Source: an uncultured Actinomycetota bacterium
GTDB lineage: Bacteria > Actinomycetota > Humimicrobiia > Humimicrobiales > Humimicrobiaceae
Direction of reading: 5' to 3'
Length of the DNA: 64,000 nucleotides
Assembly: GCA_964616545.1 (NCBI GenBank)
Contig: CAZTUA010000027.1
Coordinates: 3,163-67,162 of the forward strand
Part shown: positions 54,606-63,897 of the stretch, one piece after another
Layout: every line of letters begins with the position of its first letter
Numbering within the stretch: the stretch's first letter is position 1
Made by a program: the position numbers and the translations under genes
Notes under the pieces: generated by a model
Told to the model about the DNA's origin: nothing
The model's input: only the letters and a program-made list of their open reading frames with translations
Database searches by the model: none

Positions 54606-54989
54606 TTATTGGTTCTGACTCTTCCACAAGCCATGGATGTTGCAATATTCTCTTGCGGTTACATTTTCAGCTTTTATGCAAAATTTTGCCTCGGGTTCGT
54701 CTCCCGGATTTAAGAATTTCCTGTAGGCAATTCCATCAACAATCAGTTCAATCCACTCAATATGATGTTCTTCTATCATGGGGTGGGCAACGCTCCCGAT
54801 CTTTACCTTAAATCCATTATCAGTTTTTTCAATGACAGGCACATGTTTTTCCAGAGCTGCGTCAATAGTATTTTCTTCATACAGCTTCATGGGCTCGCCG
54901 CAGCAAACCAGCTCCCCTTTACCGGTATGAAGGACCTCAACAATATTACCACAAATCTCACATTTATAAATTTGCAGCGTTTCAGTCAT
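54606..54989 (-). CDS. dfx: Desulfoferrodoxin (2Fe superoxide reductase)
   Basis: Desulforedoxin-like CEICGN...VCCGEPM, then the SOR centre II residues ([27 protein letters not shown]). Confidence 0.9.
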   Translation of the reverse strand: MTETLQIYKCEICGNIVEVLHTGKGELVCCGEPMKLYEENTIDAALEKHVPVIEKTDNGFKVKIGSVAHPMIEEHHIEWIELIVDGIAYRKFLNPGDEPEAKFCIKAENVTAREYCNIHGLWKSQNQ

Positions 54990-55061
54990 CTCAACCTCCT
55001 TTATAATTAGAATGCCTTCTTTTATTTTAATATAATTATTAAAATTTTATCTCACTGCTTC

Positions 55062-55090
55062 ATTATATTATCTTATGCATGCAGTGTAAA
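55062..55090 (-). promoter_or_regulatory. Near-consensus sigma70-type promoter for dfx-fprA
   Basis: Minus strand: TTTACA, a 17-nt spacer (CTGCATGCATAAGATAA), then TATAAT. The -10 is about 70 nt upstream of the dfx ATG. The spacer contains the palindrome TGCATGCA. Confidence 0.55.
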
Positions 55091-55138
55091 TTTAAAAAGC
55101 GTATTGTCTCTGCCGGGCCAGGCTGGCTTCATTGGATT

Positions 55139-57682
55139 TTAAAGCGATTTTACTTCTCTTTCGATTACCGATGTTATTTCCCTGTAGTCTTTATCTTTAA
55201 ATTTTAACAGTTCCCCGTAACTTACCTTTACAACGGGCCATCTGGGCCTGTGCCCCCAGGGAAGTATCCCATTTCTTAAAATATTAAAAAGACCCCTGAC
55301 TCTAATAGGAACTACAGGTATTTTCATATCCGATGCTATTATCCCTATCCCGGACTCAAACTTGCTTATTCTCCCGTCTGTGGTGACCCTGCCCTCGGGA
55401 AATATCAGCACAGACCATCCCATATCAAGCACTCTGCCTGTATTTTCCATAACCTTCCTTAACCCATGAGTCCTGGACAGAGGTAAAGCATTAACAAATA
55501 AGTTCACCAGAAGATAGAAGCCGATTGCCTCAAGGACTCTTCTCCACCATGGACCGGAACGATAGAAAAAGTGCCTGAAGTGATACTCTATTGACATCAT
55601 CACAGCAACCTTCCTGCGTATCCTGAGAGGCATGGAATAAAGAATTATAAAAGTATCCAGAATGCTGGTGTGATTTGCAGCAAATACCACTGGTTCTTCT
55701 ATTTCCTTTAAATTCTCTCCGCCCGTAACCCTGAGACGGTAAATTAAAAATGTAAATGGATATAAAATAAACTGAAAAATTGTTCTTATTATACAGACAG
55801 GCAGCCTGAACGGAAAATTGTACGAGGGCAGCCTGTATGAACTTTTCTCGGGGGACTTAATCAAATTTTCAATCTCGCTGACTTTTGTATCTCTTCTGAT
55901 GAGGGTGTCATCCACCTCCACACCATATTTTTCCTCAATTATTCCCGAAAGCTGTACAAGGTCAAGAGAGTCCAGTCCGAGGTCTTTTTCAAGCTCGGAA
56001 TCTTTTTTTAACTTATCTGTTTTTACCTTCTTTAAACTTTTCAGGATTTCCAGCGCAGCTTCAGATTCTTTAAATATTTTTTTACCGGAGACTGCCTTTT
56101 CTTTCCGGGCATCGGAAATAGCAGCCACAACTTCGCCTCTCTTTACTTTTCCGGTAGATGCTCTGGGGAAATCATCCCTGCCCCATATACTGAAACTATT
56201 TATGTGCTGATATACATTTAACTTTCTGTTTGCATCTTCTATTATTTTTTCAGGATTATCCGCTGTATCATCCCGGGGTATCAACACGGCATGGATTTCC
56301 ATGCTTTTCTCCTTTTCCAGCCCCAGAACCATACAATCTTTTACCTTCTCAGACTTTTTAAGGACAGATTCTATATCTTCCGGATATATATTTATGCCAT
56401 CTTCTCTTACTATAACTGCGTCCCTTCTTCCCTTAAAAACCAGATTTCCATTTTCGTCTACTTCAGCAAGGTCTCCTGTCCTGAACCACTTCTCCGAAAA
56501 AGCGTCCTCTGTTAATGCCCTGTCTTTGAAATAACCCGGGGTTACATTGTCTCCCCTGACATATATTTCACCGTTTACAAGACGCACCTCAAGGCCTTCC
56601 AGCGCCTTGCCTATAGTCCCGGCTCCAGATGTCGCAGGATCTGCCAGTGTTATCAGTGGAGCTGTCTCTGTTAAGCCGTAACCCTGAAATATCGTATACG
56701 CAATGCATCTCCAGAACTCATCTATATTTTTATCAAATGCAGCGCCGCCAACAACTATGGCAACAAGCCTCCAGCCGATTTTTAAGTGGATATTCATAAA
56801 TGCCATGAAACGCAGGGGCCATTTGATCTTTTTAAATCTATTGTATTTCTTTTTAAATATTTCACTGTTGAGGTTTAATTTTTTTGTTATATAATCTTTT
56901 ATCATTTCAAGAATTCTGGGAAGCGTTCCGAGAATCCAGACTTTTTCTTCCCCTGCAGCTTTAATGATTTCAGCAGGGTTTATACTATTCATAAAAACCA
57001 CGGAACTTCCTATCATTGCCGGCACGAAAATCCCTATAAGCTGGCCATACATATGGCTCAGGGGGACAACTGACAGGATTTTCAGATTCAACATAATACG
57101 GAAAAACTTTTTCCATCTATCCATAACCGGCTGGATTGATTTCAGATTTGATTCAATATTGCGGTGTGTAATCATTACCCCTTTAGGTTTTGATGTGGTT
57201 CCGGAGGTAAAAATAATCTGGGCCAGGTCATCGGGTAAAATTTCTGCCTTTCTGTCTTTTTCAGGCCGGGTGCCTGAAAGTAGCTCTTCTAACTCTTCAA
57301 TATTTATCAGTCGTCCAGCTGAAAATATTCCCTCATCCCTGTTGCTCCCGTCAGTGTTTCCGACTTTTAGCTTTGCCTTTACCCTTGACTGCACCCTTCT
57401 CTCAAACTCAGGACCTGAATTTATATCAACAGGTACCGCAACCACACCTTTCATAAGGCATCCCAGAAAAGAGGCTATCCACTCGGGACTGTTCTGACCC
57501 TTTATTATAACCCGGTCGCCTTTCTTTATGCCATACTTCCCGAGAAGTGCCGCAAACCTCTCTGCATAATCATAAACTTTATTAAAGCTCCATGAGGATG
57601 TTCGGTATTTACTGCGATGGTAAAAATATTTATTCGGTACTTTTATATTTTCTTTGATATATTCAAGCAATCCCGAATTCAT
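55139..57682 (-). CDS. Tridomain fatty-acid adenylating enzyme - acyl carrier domain - lysophospholipid (PlsC-type) acyltransferase
   Basis: Adenylation cores FTSGTTSKPKGV, GYGLTET, GEIYVRGDNVTPGYF, WFRTGDLA, PRASTGKVKR. Carrier motif LGLDSLDLVQL. Acyltransferase motifs NHTSILD (Hx4D) and IFPEGRVT. Confidence 0.85.
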   Translation of the reverse strand: MNSGLLEYIKENIKVPNKYFYHRSKYRTSSWSFNKVYDYAERFAALLGKYGIKKGDRVIIKGQNSPEWIASFLGCLMKGVVAVPVDINSGPEFERRVQSRVKAKLKVGNTDGSNRDEGIFSAGRLINIEELEELLSGTRPEKDRKAEILPDDLAQIIFTSGTTSKPKGVMITHRNIESNLKSIQPVMDRWKKFFRIMLNLKILSVVPLSHMYGQLIGIFVPAMIGSSVVFMNSINPAEIIKAAGEEKVWILGTLPRILEMIKDYITKKLNLNSEIFKKKYNRFKKIKWPLRFMAFMNIHLKIGWRLVAIVVGGAAFDKNIDEFWRCIAYTIFQGYGLTETAPLITLADPATSGAGTIGKALEGLEVRLVNGEIYVRGDNVTPGYFKDRALTEDAFSEKWFRTGDLAEVDENGNLVFKGRRDAVIVREDGINIYPEDIESVLKKSEKVKDCMVLGLEKEKSMEIHAVLIPRDDTADNPEKIIEDANRKLNVYQHINSFSIWGRDDFPRASTGKVKRGEVVAAISDARKEKAVSGKKIFKESEAALEILKSLKKVKTDKLKKDSELEKDLGLDSLDLVQLSGIIEEKYGVEVDDTLIRRDTKVSEIENLIKSPEKSSYRLPSYNFPFRLPVCIIRTIFQFILYPFTFLIYRLRVTGGENLKEIEEPVVFAANHTSILDTFIILYSMPLRIRRKVAVMMSIEYHFRHFFYRSGPWWRRVLEAIGFYLLVNLFVNALPLSRTHGLRKVMENTGRVLDMGWSVLIFPEGRVTTDGRISKFESGIGIIASDMKIPVVPIRVRGLFNILRNGILPWGHRPRWPVVKVSYGELLKFKDKDYREITSVIEREVKSL

Positions 57683-57925
57683 AATATAAATGACACCACG
57701 CTTCTATTTTAAGGGTAAATATTTATACAGGTTCATTATATGCTTTAAAGATTATTTTTAAATGTATCTTATATCCCGGGAATATATAAATATAATATAG
57801 AGATTATAAGCTGATTAATTCATTATCTTTATCAGAACGATTTTTAAAACTGCAGGAATTTATTTGCGTTAGAGCTTTTTTCTTTTATTATAGAGGGTAA
57901 AAATTCCTTAATCAATACGGTTGAT

Positions 57926-58237
57926 TCAAATTTCTTTTCCGGCTTTTTTTGAAATGATAAGTTCGGCAAGAGTCCATGACGCACCCAGTAATTCCAGCAC
58001 TCCAAAGGCCATTACCGCAGGCGGTGCCAGCCCGAGTAATACAAGAATTAGAAGAACCGCTATCGCAGACATGCGTGTATGCACTGTCCACTTAAAAAAG
58101 CCCCGCATCTTCTCGCCTTTTATACCGGCTCTTATATAATAATATCCGTAAAATAGAAGTGTCATTCCCAGGATACGTACCGCTGTACCGGCCGATTCAT
58201 CCATACCGGCAAAGATAATAAGAATATCCGGGAACAC
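57926..58237 (-). CDS. Small polytopic membrane protein; the true start is probably upstream of the first canonical start codon
   Basis: The 103-aa track ORF starts at a GTG inside a hydrophobic helix. The frame is open back to 58336 and encodes ...SRLAKSVFFFGIYIVIAGLFLL before that GTG. Confidence 0.5.
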   Translation of the reverse strand: MFPDILIIFAGMDESAGTAVRILGMTLLFYGYYYIRAGIKGEKMRGFFKWTVHTRMSAIAVLLILVLLGLAPPAVMAFGVLELLGASWTLAELIISKKAGKEI

Positions 58238-58358
58238 CAGTAAAAATAAACCTGCTATTACTATATAAATCCCGAAAAAGAATACGCTCTTTGCCAGCCT
58301 GCTGATAATATAACCCCTTTTTTGGTTTAATAATTTCTAAAATTTCCGGCGTAAAAAT

Positions 58359-59381
58359 CTATCGTGTACCGGTCACGACTCTGCCCTTTACCGCTGGCTT
58401 TATGTTCTTTCTTGTGGAATAACTTTTCTTAAAGTAAGGTGATTTGCTTAAAAGCCAGTAACGGACAAATGGTTTTACAACCCTGACAAGATTCCTCTTA
58501 AATCCAAGATGCTTTTTAATATCTGCTAAAAAATCATCCAGATTTTTATTCTGAAAATTTAAGAGTCTCTGACTCTCGGTGGTATCCATCCAGTCAAGAT
58601 AAAAAGGTTCAGATGAAAATGATTCATCCGGCAGCATTCCGATACCGATAAAACTTAGAACTTTATTTATAAAGTCCCTCTGATACATCTGGCATTTCTT
58701 CCCACCGCCTATAAGGAGGGTTTTATTCTTTATTTTTTCATTTGTTGCAGCATTTGCCAGAGCGATACCTGCATCATGTGCATGTATCAATTCAATCCTG
58801 GTATCTGGCGGAACATTGAAAAGCAAAGGATCCAGTCCGCATAGCGATACACATAACACCGCACCCAGTCTTAAGATAACCCAGTCCAGACCAGACACCT
58901 TCATAAGCTGCTCACAGGCCACTTTGTGATGTGAATAATTGTCCGTTGGCATTACCGGGTCCAGAGCAGTTCTTGGCGGTTTGAAATTTTTTGTTTTCCC
59001 GAATACAGAAACGGATGAGGCAAATACAATCTTCGGTTTTTTAGGAATCACCCTTAGTGCATTCAGAAGATTTCTGGTTCCTTCAACATTAATTTCCCAG
59101 GTCCAGTTCGGCTTTTCTTCACTTAGGGAAGGTATTAAAAAAGCCAGATGTATTACTGCATCCTGATTCTCTACGGCCCTTTCTACATCTTCTCTGCTTG
59201 TGATATCACCCCATATTATTTCTATATCTGATTTAAATTTCTTATAAATTTTTTCATTTGCAGCGGTTTTTAATTCCATTACCCTTACACTGCAGTCTTT
59301 TTTAAGCAATTCATGTATGGTGAACATTCCTACATTGCCAAAACCGCCTGTTACAAGTATGTTCAATTTCTGTTCCTCCAT
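58359..59381 (-). CDS. Extended SDR / NAD-dependent epimerase-dehydratase-family protein with a basic C-terminal tail
   Basis: ILVTGGFGNVG (GxxGxxG) and catalytic YSHHK (YxxxK). The tail is about 60 aa and Lys/Arg-rich. Confidence 0.75.
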   Translation of the reverse strand: MEEQKLNILVTGGFGNVGMFTIHELLKKDCSVRVMELKTAANEKIYKKFKSDIEIIWGDITSREDVERAVENQDAVIHLAFLIPSLSEEKPNWTWEINVEGTRNLLNALRVIPKKPKIVFASSVSVFGKTKNFKPPRTALDPVMPTDNYSHHKVACEQLMKVSGLDWVILRLGAVLCVSLCGLDPLLFNVPPDTRIELIHAHDAGIALANAATNEKIKNKTLLIGGGKKCQMYQRDFINKVLSFIGIGMLPDESFSSEPFYLDWMDTTESQRLLNFQNKNLDDFLADIKKHLGFKRNLVRVVKPFVRYWLLSKSPYFKKSYSTRKNIKPAVKGRVVTGTR

Positions 59382-59407
59382 TTTTTTACTTATTCTTAAA
59401 CTTTTTA

Positions 59408-59998
59408 TTATTTTACAATACCTTTTAATAAAATCTCCGGACTTTCCCTGGCTACTCTATCCCAGTCGGTTCCCTCAGGATCCAGCATTCCCTGCATTAT
59501 GAATCCCACAGCTGCTGCTATTATCATTCTGCTGACAGTATCCGGATTGACTTTTCTTATTAATCCTTTTCTTGTTCCTTCGTCTATAAGGTCTTTAAAT
59601 AGCTCCAGGTATTTGTAATATGAACCTATGGTGATTTTTCTTAATTTCCTGTCCCTTGAGGCCCTGATCCATAATTCAATGAAAATAGGCAGTTTCCCCG
59701 CAGCTTCCTGAAATACTGATTTTGCTTTACCGATATTTAAAAACAGCTCCAGCATACTTGATGAATCATGTTTTGCGGATTCAACATAATCGTCGATTAT
59801 TTTTAGCCACTGGTTCAGCATCACCAGATAAAGCTCCTGCTTGCTTTTAAAGTGGTGGTAAAAAGCACCCTTGCTCATCCCGGCAGTTTTACAGATTACA
59901 TCTACGCCGGAAGCATCAAGCCCGTATTTTGTAAAACAAACCTCGGCTGCATTAATCAGCTTTCTTTTGGATTCTCTGCCTTTGTCCCTTAATTTCAT
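59408..59998 (-). CDS. TetR-family transcriptional regulator
   Basis: N-terminal HTH FTKYGLDASGVDVICKTAGMSKGAFYHHFKSKQEL. Confidence 0.88.
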   Translation of the reverse strand: MKLRDKGRESKRKLINAAEVCFTKYGLDASGVDVICKTAGMSKGAFYHHFKSKQELYLVMLNQWLKIIDDYVESAKHDSSSMLELFLNIGKAKSVFQEAAGKLPIFIELWIRASRDRKLRKITIGSYYKYLELFKDLIDEGTRKGLIRKVNPDTVSRMIIAAAVGFIMQGMLDPEGTDWDRVARESPEILLKGIVK

Positions 59999-60022
59999 AT
60001 TACTCCCTTATTTCTGTAAAAA

Positions 60023-60070
60023 ATACCAACTGGTCGGTTTAATATTAATATAATAATCTCCGGATGTCAA
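60023..60070 (-). promoter_or_regulatory. Sigma70-type promoter with an overlapping imperfect palindrome (candidate TetR operator)
   Basis: Minus strand: TTGACA (60065-60070), a 17-nt spacer, TAATAT (60042-60047), then AAACCGAC-CA-GTTGGTAT (60023-40). The two half-sites match in 6 of 8 positions. Confidence 0.5.
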
Positions 60071-60107
60071 CTACGGAAGAATTTTTCTGTTTCCGGGTAT
60101 TTATTTT

Positions 60108-60530
60108 TTATTGGCCGGGTATTTTTTTGTTCATCTCTTCAATATAAGGTTTTATATCTATAATGGGGGTATTATCAAGCATATCCACATTTTTTACTTT
60201 AATTTTATTACCTTCTACTTTTAAAACCTCTGCCACTGACATCCCTATATGATTGGGCCTGTGCGGGGACCTTGAGGCAAAAACACCCCTTTCCCCGCGG
60301 GAACCAGGAGGTGTTGCTGTAAGCCTCTGGCCGTCCAGACGGTCAAAATAAAATAGAATGATAATATGCTCGCATTTTTCCAGTCCCTCTATGCCTTTTT
60401 TGTATTCCTCATAGACTTCAATTACACCCTCCGCACCGCCTGAATATTTAGCCTGGCGCGGAGCCTGTCCCCTTTCTTTGTAGGGGGTTCTTATCCTTCC
60501 TATCGGTCTTATAATGTACTCTTCTTCCAT
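60108..60530 (-). CDS. TrmO/TsaA(YaeB)-like domain protein (140 aa, N-terminal domain only)
   Basis: IGRIRTPY...APRQ...GVIEVYEEYKKGIEGLEKCEHIIILFYF...RSPHRPNHIGMSV...LDNTPIIDIKPY are the family blocks. Confidence 0.75.
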   Translation of the reverse strand: MEEEYIIRPIGRIRTPYKERGQAPRQAKYSGGAEGVIEVYEEYKKGIEGLEKCEHIIILFYFDRLDGQRLTATPPGSRGERGVFASRSPHRPNHIGMSVAEVLKVEGNKIKVKNVDMLDNTPIIDIKPYIEEMNKKIPGQ

Positions 60531-60531
60531 A

Positions 60532-62112
60532 TTATCTTAACCTTTCTTTCTTTATGATTCCCTCATCCAGCCTTAACAATCTATCGCTCACCTTTCTTGC
60601 CACACCCAGGTCGTGTGTTATAAAAAGCATTCCAAGTCCCCTCTCTTCCTGTATCCGGTTTAGAAGCTTCAGGACTTTTGCCTGTATGCTCGGGTCAAGA
60701 AATGATGTAGGCTCATCCGCTATTATTATTTTAGGAGATAGAATAAGAGCTCTTGCTATAATCACCCTCTGGAGCTCTCCGCCGCTTAAATGGTGCGTGT
60801 AATCATATAGAAAGTCATCGTCAGCGGGAAGCTCTACTTCTATCAGTACATTTTTCACTGCCTCTATTCTTTCTTCACGGGTTCCTTTTTTCTGTATTAT
60901 CAGGGGTTCCATAACCGCGTCAAGAATATTCAGCCTGTGGGATACAGCAGACCTTACATCCTGAAAAATCATCTGGACTTTGCTGTAAAAAGCAGCATCC
61001 CACTTTTTAACAGGCTCGTTTTCAAGGTAGATTTCCCCTTTATCGGCTTTCAGCAGCCCCATTATTATTCTCGCAAGGGTAGTTTTTCCCGAACCGCTTT
61101 TACCCAGAAGGCCCACAGTTTCACCTTCGTAAAGCTCAAAACTGACCGATTTTAATACATTTTTTTTGCCATAGGATTTTCCTGTATTTTTAATCTTAAG
61201 CATTGGAACTATTCCACCCCTGTGGCAGGCCAGTTTTATTTCTCCGTATTTTTTTAGCCGGGGCCTGACCAGCCTGCATACTTCAATACTCTGCGTACAC
61301 CTTGGCTGAAACGGGCAGCCCGTTTCAATAAATTCTGGTTTTCCCCTTATACCCTGGAGGTCCTTTGTTCTCTTAATTCCGGGATATGACCTTATGAGCC
61401 CCCTCGTGTACGGATGCCGGGGGTTAGAAAAAATCTTTCCGGTCGGCCCCATTTCAACTATGTTCCCTCCATAAAGTACCATTGTCTTTTCAGAAAGTTT
61501 GCTTGCGGTGTCAAGATCGTGTGTTACCAGAAGCACTGCCCTTTCCCTGCTTAACATTTTTATGGTTGAGATCAGACTATTTCTCATCCCGGAGTCAAGG
61601 GATGAAGTGGGCTCATCCAGTATGACAAGGTCGGGGTCCAGTATATACGCCATAGCCACCATAACTTTCTGTCTCTCGCCCATACTGAGCTGGTGGGGAT
61701 AGGCATTAATTCTTGAGACGGGAAAGCCTACGGTCTCTAACATTTCCCTGACCGCAGCACCATTATTATTTTTACCGGCAATCTCGTCTATCTGCCGGTA
61801 TACTGTCAGAGTGGGATTAAGGATATTATCCACGTTCTGAAAAACCATCGAAATTTTTTTCCACCTGAGCAGTCTTAAATCCGGCTCTTTACTCCTGCAT
61901 ATATCTGTCCCTCTAAAAATTATTTCTCCCGAAACCCTTGCATCTCCTGATTGATGGGGTAGCAGGCCCATTATACTCAATGCCAGGGTTGTCTTTCCGG
62001 TACCGGATTCCCCTACCACAGCGACTATATCCCTGTTTTCCAGTTTGAAGTTTAAATCTTTTATAATTTTTTTATTGCCGTAGGAGACGCTTAAATTGCT
62101 TACTTCAAGCAT
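60532..62112 (-). CDS. Fused double-NBD ABC ATPase of a peptide/nickel (Opp/Dpp/Nik) type importer
   Basis: NBD1: GESGTGKTT, LSMGERQKV, LVILDEPTSSLD, VTHDL. NBD2: GKSGSGKTT, LSGGELQRV, IIADEPTSFLD, ITHDL. Confidence 0.85.
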   Translation of the reverse strand: MLEVSNLSVSYGNKKIIKDLNFKLENRDIVAVVGESGTGKTTLALSIMGLLPHQSGDARVSGEIIFRGTDICRSKEPDLRLLRWKKISMVFQNVDNILNPTLTVYRQIDEIAGKNNNGAAVREMLETVGFPVSRINAYPHQLSMGERQKVMVAMAYILDPDLVILDEPTSSLDSGMRNSLISTIKMLSRERAVLLVTHDLDTASKLSEKTMVLYGGNIVEMGPTGKIFSNPRHPYTRGLIRSYPGIKRTKDLQGIRGKPEFIETGCPFQPRCTQSIEVCRLVRPRLKKYGEIKLACHRGGIVPMLKIKNTGKSYGKKNVLKSVSFELYEGETVGLLGKSGSGKTTLARIIMGLLKADKGEIYLENEPVKKWDAAFYSKVQMIFQDVRSAVSHRLNILDAVMEPLIIQKKGTREERIEAVKNVLIEVELPADDDFLYDYTHHLSGGELQRVIIARALILSPKIIIADEPTSFLDPSIQAKVLKLLNRIQEERGLGMLFITHDLGVARKVSDRLLRLDEGIIKKERLR

Positions 62113-62938
62113 TATTTAACCTCGGGTCTATTATTTTTTCCATCAAATTGCCCAGAAATGTAAATGATAACAGAATCATGGAAAGAAGTATTCCTGCAGG
62201 TAAAAACCACCACAGCCACACCGGAAGGTAGTAAAATTTAAATGCGTTGTGCATTATTGTCCCAAGACTTATAGTCGTAATACCTGATATGCCTATAAAA
62301 GCCATGCCCGCCTCAAGGAAAACAGCCGAGCGGGCATTATGTATAAAGGATACTACTATTATATTTCCCAGGTCGGGTATTATATGCCTTAAAAGTATAT
62401 ATATTTTTTTTGCCCCGAAAGTTCTTGCCGAATATATGTGTCTTTTTTCCTTTAACGCCAGCGTCTGGCCCCTTATGATTCTTGCGCCTCCCTGCCAGCA
62501 AAGCAATGAGATAAGAATAACAAGGGTTATTATATCCGGCTTTATAAAAACCGATAACAGTATCAGTATTATTATGGAGGGCAGAACCAGGAACGCATCT
62601 ATAATCCTCATAACAATCATGTCGAAAATACCTCCGATAAAACCGGAACAAACCCCTACAAAAATACTGATTGACGTGGCAAGTATTCCAACGCCGGCAG
62701 ATACAAACAGTGAAGTTCTCAGTCCAAAGGCAAGCCTTGAGAATATGTCCTGCCCCAGGTCATTTGTCCCGAGGATATAATCGGTGCCCGGCCTGGAAAA
62801 GATTGATTTGCTTAAAGCATCCGGGCTCGCAGTAAAAAATGGTGCAAGAACGGAAAATAAAATCAGGATTATAAATATAATGAGCCCTATCCACGCACTC
62901 TTATCTTTTTTTAGTTTGTTTTTTACACTAATATGCAT
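62105..62938 (-). CDS. Opp/Dpp/Nik-type ABC permease (C-type)
   Basis: Polytopic BPD_transp_1 pattern (ARTFGAKKIYILLRHIIPD). It overlaps the ATPase gene by 8 nt. Confidence 0.85.
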   Translation of the reverse strand: MHISVKNKLKKDKSAWIGLIIFIILILFSVLAPFFTASPDALSKSIFSRPGTDYILGTNDLGQDIFSRLAFGLRTSLFVSAGVGILATSISIFVGVCSGFIGGIFDMIVMRIIDAFLVLPSIIILILLSVFIKPDIITLVILISLLCWQGGARIIRGQTLALKEKRHIYSARTFGAKKIYILLRHIIPDLGNIIVVSFIHNARSAVFLEAGMAFIGISGITTISLGTIMHNAFKFYYLPVWLWWFLPAGILLSMILLSFTFLGNLMEKIIDPRLNNA

Positions 62939-63896
62939 ATTCTATCCTCGGGTCAAGCTTCACGTAAAAAATATCCATAAAAAAATTAATAACCAGTACA
63001 AGCACTGCAACAAACAGAAAACTCCCCTGAATTACAGGGTAATCCCTGTTCAGTATGGAGTTGTATATCAGGGTACCCATGCCCGGATAAGAAAAAACTA
63101 TTTCAATAAAAAGAGTTCCGGTTATCATCATGGTACCCAGCCTTATGCCTGTATGGGTTGCCACGGGTATAAGAGAATTTCTTCCTGCGTGGCTGTATCT
63201 TATACAGGCATCTTTTAATCCCTTGGCTCTTGCCAGAAGGATATATGGTTCTTTTAAGCTGGATATCATGGAATTTCTGGTTAAAAGATAGCTGGAGGGG
63301 ATGAATATGAAAACAAGGCTAAGAAGCGGAAGTATAAGATGCATCAGGAAATCAACTGAAAGGCCAAAGCTTCCCAGACCTGAATACATGGTCCTGGCCC
63401 CCTGAAAGGGGAAAATATCCAGTGTAACACCAAAAATAATTAAAAAACACGCACCTATGAAAAAGCTGGGGAAACCTGAGAAAAAAATCATTAAAAACAG
63501 AGTAAATCTATCAAATTTTTTTCCCCTCCTCCAGCCCGATTCTATACCCAGCATAACCCCAAGAACCGTAGAGATAAACATGGCCAGCCCCATAAGCACT
63601 ATAGTATACGGTATATAGGACAGTATTAAATCAATTACGGGTTTCTTATAGTAGATTGAATATCCAAGGTTGCCCTTAAATATTGATGCAACGTACAGCA
63701 CATACTGTGCCGCAGCCGGCCTGTCCAGGTTATACATGCTGTTTATATATTCCCTGGTTCCATCAGAAAGTTTCAGTAAAACTTCATCGCCGTATATTGC
63801 ACTCAGAGGGTCTCCGGGCAGCAGCCTCGGGACTATAAAATTTAGCGTTATAATTATTAAAAATGCAATTGCATAGCTCAGGCATTTTTTTCTCAT
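62928..63896 (-). CDS. Opp/Dpp/Nik-type ABC permease (B-type)
   Basis: LARAKGLKDACIRYSHAGRNSLIPV is the EAA loop. I prefer the ATG at 63896 (MRKKCLSY...) over the track's TTG at 63911. Confidence 0.85.
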   Translation of the reverse strand: MRKKCLSYAIAFLIIITLNFIVPRLLPGDPLSAIYGDEVLLKLSDGTREYINSMYNLDRPAAAQYVLYVASIFKGNLGYSIYYKKPVIDLILSYIPYTIVLMGLAMFISTVLGVMLGIESGWRRGKKFDRFTLFLMIFFSGFPSFFIGACFLIIFGVTLDIFPFQGARTMYSGLGSFGLSVDFLMHLILPLLSLVFIFIPSSYLLTRNSMISSLKEPYILLARAKGLKDACIRYSHAGRNSLIPVATHTGIRLGTMMITGTLFIEIVFSYPGMGTLIYNSILNRDYPVIQGSFLFVAVLVLVINFFMDIFYVKLDPRIEYAY

Positions 63897-63897
63897 A

